DNA of 64,000 nucleotides from an uncultured Pelagibacteraceae bacterium (GTDB lineage Bacteria; Pseudomonadota; Alphaproteobacteria; Pelagibacterales; AG-422-B15): NCBI GenBank assembly GCA_902577765.1, contig CACHAK010000001.1, positions 263,040 to 327,039 of the forward strand, read 5' to 3'. Shown piece by piece: positions 57,419 to 64,000 of this stretch (position 1 is its first letter; each line of letters starts with the position of its first letter). The notes under the pieces were generated by a model. It saw only the letters and a program-made list of their open reading frames with translations, ran no database searches and was not told where the DNA came from. The position numbers and the translations under genes were made by a program.

Positions 57419-59122
57419 ATGAAGAAATCAATATCAAGACGCTCTTTTATTAAGAAGTCGGCAGCCTCAATTGCTCTAGGTGGTCTTGCATCGATTTTAC
57501 ATTTACAAAACGCGCCGGCCTATATTAAGCCTAAGAATTATAATATTTTATTAATATTAAATGATCAGGAGCGGGCATGGCCGTACATTCCAAAAAGCAT
57601 TGATTTGCCTGCGCGCAGATACTTGGAGAATGTCTCAACCTATTTCAATAGATCCTATACCTCAACACCAATATGTTCACCTGCTCGTAGCTCTGTTTAT
57701 ACGGGGCAACATGTTCAATTTACCGGTGTATGGGATAATACTGTAACCCCTTGGGTTCCTGGTTTATATGATAATGTAAATACAATAGGCCATCTTTTAA
57801 AAAATCAAGGCTATGAAACAGGATATTTTGGCAAATGGCACTTAACAAATATTACTGAGAGTAACGTAAATGAAAACGCCCTCGGATACGACGGTATGCA
57901 AAAAATGTTTTCAAAATATGGTTTTGATAATTCAGATCAACCTGGTGAGCGTGATTTAGGGCAGGGAGGCTTTAAATTTGACGGATTGACTGCTGAGTCT
58001 GCATCAAATTTTATTAAAGATAAAAAAGGAGATGAAAAACCTTGGTCTGTATTTGTAAATTTTGTTAACCCTCACGATATAATGTTTTTCAGAGCATCTT
58101 CTGAAATATTGGGTACAGGATTTGTTGGTGAAAATCAAAAATTTGCACCAGACGATCCATTATATAAAAAAGAACACGATTTTGAATTCCCCAAAAATTT
58201 TGGTCCTAGGTTCTTAGATGAGGGTAATTATGGACTCGAAATCATGAACACGGTTTATGGAGAAATTCCATACGAAAGACCAAATTTATGGAGAAGATTT
58301 TGTAACTATTATTTTAATTGTTTACGTGACGTTGATAGACATATGATGAAACTTATTCATTCCTTAGAAGAGACTGGTCAAATGGACAATACAATCATCT
58401 TCATGATTTCTGACCATGGAGAAATGCTTGGACAACAAGGAGCGAGAGGAAAAATAGTTCCTTGGGAGGAATCTATCAGAGTACCTACACTCGTTAGTCA
58501 TCCAGATTTAAAAGAAAAAAAATTATGTAACTCAGTAATATCAAACATTGATATTGTTCCAACATTATTAGAGTTTACAGGCCTTAGTAAATCAGAACTA
58601 AGGAATAAATACCCTGAATTAAAAGGCAACAGCTATGCAGAACTTGTAGAAAACGTTGATTACGACAACATACGTGACAAAGAAGGCCACCTTATTCATG
58701 GAGTTCAAATTATTCCAACAGTTTTTGAGGTTGCAGAAAAATTTCGACACACAGCACTTGCTGATGGTTTTTTAGAAAAAACAAAAGCATTTATTTCTGA
58801 GGGCAAATTTTTACCAGATTTTACACCACCTCTTAATTACAAAGGCGTAGTAGATAAAAAGTATAAATTTGTCAGATCTTTCTCACCTCGTAAAAATAAT
58901 ATACCTGCAAACTATGATGAATTGACTAAACACAATGCAGACTATCAATTATATGATTTAGAAAATGATCCATTTGAAATGAATGATTTAGCAAAAGATA
59001 AAAATAATATAAAATTATTAATGTCCATGAATGATAAATGCAATAGACTCGCAGATAAGGAAATTGGTTTAGAAAATCATGTAATTCACTTACCTGGCCC
59101 AGATTGGTTTTGGACTGCTTAA
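57419..59122 (+). CDS. Tat-exported formylglycine-type sulfatase
   Basis: SRRSFIK Tat motif; ILNDQER, CSPARSSVYTG (CxPxR), GKWHL, SDHGE. Confidence 0.9.
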   Translation: MKKSISRRSFIKKSAASIALGGLASILHLQNAPAYIKPKNYNILLILNDQERAWPYIPKSIDLPARRYLENVSTYFNRSYTSTPICSPARSSVYTGQHVQFTGVWDNTVTPWVPGLYDNVNTIGHLLKNQGYETGYFGKWHLTNITESNVNENALGYDGMQKMFSKYGFDNSDQPGERDLGQGGFKFDGLTAESASNFIKDKKGDEKPWSVFVNFVNPHDIMFFRASSEILGTGFVGENQKFAPDDPLYKKEHDFEFPKNFGPRFLDEGNYGLEIMNTVYGEIPYERPNLWRRFCNYYFNCLRDVDRHMMKLIHSLEETGQMDNTIIFMISDHGEMLGQQGARGKIVPWEESIRVPTLVSHPDLKEKKLCNSVISNIDIVPTLLEFTGLSKSELRNKYPELKGNSYAELVENVDYDNIRDKEGHLIHGVQIIPTVFEVAEKFRHTALADGFLEKTKAFISEGKFLPDFTPPLNYKGVVDKKYKFVRSFSPRKNNIPANYDELTKHNADYQLYDLENDPFEMNDLAKDKNNIKLLMSMNDKCNRLADKEIGLENHVIHLPGPDWFWTA

Positions 59123-59125
59123 CTT

Positions 59126-59818
59126 ATGAAAGATGATATAATACTAAATTTTGATTTATATAAAAAATATAAATCAGATTATGCCCCTGACAGTTTTCAT
59201 CATGTTGCATTTAAAACTCAAAATTATGAAGCAATGGTCGATTTTTATGAGAAACTTTTTGGATGTAAGCCAATGTATAAAAGTAATGATATTGCTTTTT
59301 TGGCTTTTGATGAAGAGCATCACCGTATTGCAATTGCGAATACTGAGCCAGGAGTAAAGAAATTAGGCCTTATTCCTAAGATTATATTATTTCTAAGAAA
59401 TTGGCTTAATAAAAACATGCCATCAACTATTGGATTGGACCATATTTCTTATTGCCTTAACCCAATCGATAAATGGTTTGATTTTTATCATAAGGCAAAA
59501 GATAGAGGTCTTGAGCCTTACTGGACAATCAACCATGGATGGATAACGGGTATGTACTACAAAGATCCAGACGGTAATCTTGTAGAATTATTTTTTGAGC
59601 ATTGGACAAATTATGAAGAATATAAAAATGAAATTTCTGCTAGAGGTTTTCCTGAAGAGCCAGTAGGCACGAATATGGATATCGATATACTGTATCAAAT
59701 GTATAAAAACGGTGAGTCACTAAAAAATCTAACAAAAAAAGGAAACACAGTTCCAGAGGGCAAGAAGCCAGTTGCAGGAATTCAGGCCGCTATCAATATG
59801 CGTAAAAAATTTAAATAA
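59126..59818 (+). CDS. VOC-family protein (extradiol-dioxygenase-like)
   Basis: [36 protein letters not shown]. Confidence 0.85.
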   Translation: MKDDIILNFDLYKKYKSDYAPDSFHHVAFKTQNYEAMVDFYEKLFGCKPMYKSNDIAFLAFDEEHHRIAIANTEPGVKKLGLIPKIILFLRNWLNKNMPSTIGLDHISYCLNPIDKWFDFYHKAKDRGLEPYWTINHGWITGMYYKDPDGNLVELFFEHWTNYEEYKNEISARGFPEEPVGTNMDIDILYQMYKNGESLKNLTKKGNTVPEGKKPVAGIQAAINMRKKFK

Positions 59819-59822
59819 ATAT

Positions 59823-60338
59823 ATGGATCTTTACGATCAAAATGTTATTCCAAGAATAATATTTACCGTCATAACAGTTGTACTAACGATAGGACCCACT
59901 ATTGCTGATTTTAATAAAACGCACGCAACTCATCCTGATTGGACAGGACACGCTCGTTTTCATGTTGTATGGCAAGTTTTAGGTTTTTATCCAATAATGA
60001 TACTAAATTTAATTGTTCTATGGATCAATATTTCAAACTTTTACTATCCATATCAATTATTCTTTTGGCTTTTCTGGTATGCTGGCTTTGTAGGTTCTTT
60101 TTTGATCACATTATTGAGTATGCCATTATTTAAAGGCAAACTGTCTGACCCTGGAGGAAGAACACCTTTTTTGTACTCATTTGGTAAGAAATTTAAACTT
60201 TTACCAGGTAAAGATAAACATTTACCCTTCAAAATAAATGGAGAAGTCAAGACTTATAAAGTAGATGAAAATTTGCACAATTTAGTTTTACCTACAATAA
60301 TTGTCATTATAACTTCTATTTATTTCATAGTTCTATAA
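59823..60338 (+). CDS. Membrane protein, DUF6640-like
   Basis: [24 protein letters not shown] plus TM helices; ATG at 59823. Confidence 0.6.
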   Translation: MDLYDQNVIPRIIFTVITVVLTIGPTIADFNKTHATHPDWTGHARFHVVWQVLGFYPIMILNLIVLWINISNFYYPYQLFFWLFWYAGFVGSFLITLLSMPLFKGKLSDPGGRTPFLYSFGKKFKLLPGKDKHLPFKINGEVKTYKVDENLHNLVLPTIIVIITSIYFIVL

Positions 60339-60350
60339 AAGAGCACATTC

Positions 60351-60971
60351 ATGTTTGAATATTTTTTTCCATTATTATTGCTGTGCGTCATTCAATCTGG
60401 CACTCCAGGCCCTAACAACATCATGCTTACAGCTTCAGGAAAAAACTTTGGTTATGTAAAAACAATTCCTCATATGGCAGGTGTTGTATTTGGGTTTTTA
60501 ACTTTATTAATTTTGATGGGATTGGGATTAATATCTATTTTTACGAGCTACCCAATAGCACAAACTTGTTTGCAAATATTAGGCTCGCTATATTTATTAT
60601 ACTTATCTTACAGAATTTACTTTACTTATAGTTCTGACAATGACGATCGATCAAAGCCAATAACATTTATAGAATCATCTCTTTTTCAATATGTAAATCC
60701 AAAAGGTGTTATGATGGCAATAACGACTATTTCTATTTATACTGATTATAAAAACTTTGAGTTTATAGACAGTTTTCTTGAGGGAATGGTTTTCGTACTT
60801 TTAGGATTTACCATATCTAATACTTTTTCAGTTCTCACGTGGACATCAGTCGGAGTTTTTTTAAATAATTTCATAAAGTCGAAGGCTGCAATTAGAAATT
60901 TTAATGGCTTAATGGCAACTTTACTTGTTTTAACAGTTATATGGATTAATTATGAGTTCTATGGATCTTAA
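60351..60971 (+). CDS. LysE-family exporter
   Basis: TPGPNNIML, FQYVNPKG. Confidence 0.9.
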   Translation: MFEYFFPLLLLCVIQSGTPGPNNIMLTASGKNFGYVKTIPHMAGVVFGFLTLLILMGLGLISIFTSYPIAQTCLQILGSLYLLYLSYRIYFTYSSDNDDRSKPITFIESSLFQYVNPKGVMMAITTISIYTDYKNFEFIDSFLEGMVFVLLGFTISNTFSVLTWTSVGVFLNNFIKSKAAIRNFNGLMATLLVLTVIWINYEFYGS

Positions 60972-61554
60972 TAGAAAAATCATAACATATTTAGTTTTAG
61001 GACACTGCTTTATCATCGCTATATCAAATTATTTAGTGCAATTCCCAATAAATATATTCGGTTTGGATTATACAATCGGTACATTCACTTTCCCAATTAT
61101 TGTTTTGGCAACAGATTTAACTGTACGACTTTCAAATGCAAGAAATGCACGTAAAGTTATTGCCTTCGCTTTCATACCTGCTTTTATAATTTCATATATA
61201 TTTGCTGACTTCAGAATAGCTATTGCGTCTGTTTTAGCATATTCAATTGGGCAGTTACTTGATGTGTTTGTATTCTCAAAAGTAAGAAACAAAGTAGGTG
61301 ATGATGGGCTAAATTTAGGTTCTTATTGGTATCTTGCGCCAGTTATAAGTACCTTTTTTGCTCAATTAATTGATACATACCTATTTTATAGTGTAGCATT
61401 TTATAATTCTACTGATGACTTTATGCGTGAAAATTGGGATCTGATAGCATTTAATGATTTCATTCTAAAGTTAGTGGTTTGCTATCTAGCATTTTTACCA
61501 ATTTATGTTTTAATTCTTAATAAAACTTTTAATTATATAAGAACACGCACTTAG
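60952..61554 (+). CDS. yhhQ: VUT-family (YhhQ) queuosine precursor transporter
   Basis: SNYLVQFP, FPIIVLATDLTVR, RIAIAS...GQLLDV. Confidence 0.85.
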   Translation: MSSMDLNRKIITYLVLGHCFIIAISNYLVQFPINIFGLDYTIGTFTFPIIVLATDLTVRLSNARNARKVIAFAFIPAFIISYIFADFRIAIASVLAYSIGQLLDVFVFSKVRNKVGDDGLNLGSYWYLAPVISTFFAQLIDTYLFYSVAFYNSTDDFMRENWDLIAFNDFILKLVVCYLAFLPIYVLILNKTFNYIRTRT

Positions 61555-61558
61555 AATA

Positions 61559-62521
61559 ATGATATTTACTTCTATTACACCTGAAGCTTTTGATCATAAA
61601 AATATTCCAAATGACATTCATGAAATGAATGATCATATAAAAAACTTACTAGTCAACGCGCCTCCATCACATGAAATTCCATTTGATGTTTTGCAGGAAA
61701 TAAGAAGAAAAGGCGGTGGATTACTTGCGTTTCAGCCATACTCTGATCGTGCTGAGAATAGACAAGTGGGTGCTGGTGACCAGAAAGTAACGATACGAAT
61801 ATTTAATCATGATAGTCCTGATTTTATCTACATGCATATTCACGGTGGCGGTCATTGTATCGGCGCTGCAGATATGCAAGATCAATCTTTGGAAAAAGTT
61901 TCAAAAGAGCTTAATTGCGTTGTTGTAAGTGTGGAATATCGTCTTGCGCCAACCAATCCTTATCCTGCCGCTCCGGATGATTGTGAAACAGCCGCTACTT
62001 GGTTGATAGAAAATTCAAAAAAGGAATTTAATACTGAAAAGATTATAATTGGTGGCGAGTCGGCTGGCGCCAACTTATCAGCAGTTACATTGTTGAGATT
62101 GAAGAGTAAAGGGCTGCTAGATACTATCAAAGGAGCAAACCTTATTTATGGATCTTATGATGCTCGTCTAACTCCAAGCGCAATCAGACAAGAAGGTTCT
62201 GATGAGATTTTCTTATTATCATATGCCATGATTAGAAAATTTAGGGACTCATATTTTCAGGGAGATGTAGACAAAAGTTTACCAGACGTTTCTCCTATAC
62301 AAGGTGATTTAAGCGGAATGCCTCCAGCACTATTTACAGTCGGAACAAGAGATTTATTGCTTGATGATTCATTATTTATGTTTGGCAGATGGCTAAGTTA
62401 TGGTTCTAATGCTGAGATTATAATTGTACCTGGAGCAGATCATGCTTTTAATGCATTTCCATCAGAAACAACTACCTTAGTTGAAAATAAGATTAACGAG
62501 TTTTTACAATCAGTTCTCTAA
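61559..62521 (+). CDS. HSL-family esterase/lipase
   Basis: HGGG, YRLAP, GESAG, DLLLDD, GADHAF. Confidence 0.9.
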   Translation: MIFTSITPEAFDHKNIPNDIHEMNDHIKNLLVNAPPSHEIPFDVLQEIRRKGGGLLAFQPYSDRAENRQVGAGDQKVTIRIFNHDSPDFIYMHIHGGGHCIGAADMQDQSLEKVSKELNCVVVSVEYRLAPTNPYPAAPDDCETAATWLIENSKKEFNTEKIIIGGESAGANLSAVTLLRLKSKGLLDTIKGANLIYGSYDARLTPSAIRQEGSDEIFLLSYAMIRKFRDSYFQGDVDKSLPDVSPIQGDLSGMPPALFTVGTRDLLLDDSLFMFGRWLSYGSNAEIIIVPGADHAFNAFPSETTTLVENKINEFLQSVL

Positions 62522-63355
62522 ATTACTGAGATAGTTTTCAGCAACACGTTGCCCTAAGTTGTAATCAGCTTTTAAGATATCAACATTTTTAGAGTCTCTT
62601 TTTGATTTAAGTCTTGTTGGTGGACATAATTGGATTACTTCACAATCTGAAGGAGGGTTATGTATGAAATCTAAAGCAGTGTTGTAAGTTTTGTCATGCT
62701 TAAGCAGAGCTTTTCTAAGTTCAGGATATTCTTTAGAAAAAAATGCTCCAATATAATTTTCAAGTTTTAGTTTTCTCTTAAATTTTTCTTCATAAGTTCT
62801 GATAACTATGATGCGTTTGGCGCCGAGCTCATAAGCCTTTCTGACAGGCAGAGGATCAGATACGCCACCATCAAATTTACGACGTCCGTCTATCATGCTG
62901 GGTGTTCTTACTAGTACAGGCAAAGTTCCAGATGCTATCATTTTAGGCATCCATTCATCGTCCCCAAATTCATGATATTCAGCTTGAGCACTGAGAGCAT
63001 CAGTCACAACCGCAATGTATTTTTTGCCTTCAACAGTTTTTCTAATTTTTTCCATATTTGGCTTAAACATTTTCTCGCCGTCTTCGTACATTTTATGAAA
63101 TTTGATTATGTCACGACCTTTGAAGATATTCTTATAATCTAAGTAATCTCCTCGCGCAGCATAAAGCATCTTTTCTAAATTATTGTCAGTTTCTCTAATG
63201 AGGTACCAGCAAAGAACTGCTACACCATTTGATACTCCAATATAAATATCGAATGGATCGTAGTTCCTCTTTATAAATGTATCGGTGATTCCGAAAGAAA
63301 ATACACCTCTTTGTCCGCCACCTTCAACAATTAGAGCTGTTTTTTTATTTTCCAT
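62510..63355 (-). CDS. Patatin-like phospholipase
   Basis: GGGQRG, GVSNG, DGG; ATG at 63355. Confidence 0.88.
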   Translation of the reverse strand: MENKKTALIVEGGGQRGVFSFGITDTFIKRNYDPFDIYIGVSNGVAVLCWYLIRETDNNLEKMLYAARGDYLDYKNIFKGRDIIKFHKMYEDGEKMFKPNMEKIRKTVEGKKYIAVVTDALSAQAEYHEFGDDEWMPKMIASGTLPVLVRTPSMIDGRRKFDGGVSDPLPVRKAYELGAKRIIVIRTYEEKFKRKLKLENYIGAFFSKEYPELRKALLKHDKTYNTALDFIHNPPSDCEVIQLCPPTRLKSKRDSKNVDILKADYNLGQRVAENYLSNLEN

Positions 63356-63391
63356 GATACAATAAATTAGTAAGGATATATAAGAAATCAA

Positions 63392-64000
63392 ATGTGTTCG
63401 ATAGTAATTTTAAAACAAAGTGACTCTGAGTGGCCCATTATAATTGGTGCCAATCGAGATGAAATGATTAATCGAGACGCTTTACCACCTGGTCGTCATT
63501 GGGACGACAGACCACATATTTTCGCAGGCAAGGACAAGACGGCGGGCGGCACCTGGATAGGAATTAATGACTTTGGTGTCGTTGCTGCAATTATGAATAG
63601 AATGAACAGCCTTGGACCTATGGATAATAAAAGAAGTAGAGGTGAATTGGTTCTTGATGCACTAGATCATGCAGATGCATCTGAAGCATTAAATGCAATA
63701 ATTGAAATCGAAAAAGACTCATATAGAGGTTTTAATATGTTCATAGCGGATAATTTAAATGCATACTGGATCAAGTCAGATGAAAAAAATTCTGTAATTG
63801 AATATTTCAATATACCTGATGGCTTATCAATTATAACAGCTTATGATCGAAATGATTTAAATTCTAAGCGTATAAAAACTTATTTATCAAAATTTGCTTT
63901 ATCGGTTGATCCAAAACCAGGCAGAGATGAATGGCAGGACTGGGAAATGTTATTAGGTAGTACATATTCTGATAACAATGAGCCTTTATCAGCAATGTGT
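63392..64000 (+). CDS. NRDE/TANGO2-family protein (runs off the window; absent from the ORF track)
   Basis: MCSIVIL...ANRDEM...GKDKTAGGTWIGIN...SRGELV. Confidence 0.88.
   Translation, partial: MCSIVILKQSDSEWPIIIGANRDEMINRDALPPGRHWDDRPHIFAGKDKTAGGTWIGINDFGVVAAIMNRMNSLGPMDNKRSRGELVLDALDHADASEALNAIIEIEKDSYRGFNMFIADNLNAYWIKSDEKNSVIEYFNIPDGLSIITAYDRNDLNSKRIKTYLSKFALSVDPKPGRDEWQDWEMLLGSTYSDNNEPLSAMC

Noticed and set aside
60900-60960. preQ1 riboswitch before yhhQ
   Set aside because: The gene overlaps the upstream lysE CDS; no leader or preQ1 motif seen

Overview
AT-rich, tightly packed chromosome segment from a streamlined alphaproteobacterium, probably marine. The SAR11/HIMB59-like placement is inferred from synteny and gene content only. 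The left half (1-33.5 kb) is mostly core genes: plsX, ihfA, rpmG, ctaA, metY with a SAM-II-like leader, rplM-rpsI-argC, hom-glpX-recJ, five tRNAs, aapJQMP, pcm-popZ-like-valS and ilvD. Small accessory genes are interspersed (AOX, Fe-S-less photolyase, TPP-riboswitch thiBP, aguAB). The standout feature is a complete type I secretion locus at 33.6-47.1 kb: TolC, a 3058-aa substrate, an ABC exporter with a degenerate NBD, and HlyD. The substrate is a strict 15-residue Ala/Pro helical-repeat rod, then a ~550-aa Met/Gly/Pro/Asp low-complexity domain, a (MEGMP)7 repeat, a Gly13 linker and a T1SS-type C-terminus. It is followed by a passenger-less inverse-autotransporter barrel with a Cys-rich secreted partner, an APS-kinase-like plus HxxH nucleotidyltransferase pair converging on aprMBA, and an aromatic/organosulfur catabolic cluster (FAH, frameshifted MhpA/PcpB-like monooxygenase, CMD, PcpC-like GST, Tat sulfatase, VOC). 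I saw no integrase, IS element, CRISPR array or rRNA. All family assignments come from motif recognition by eye; no database search was run.
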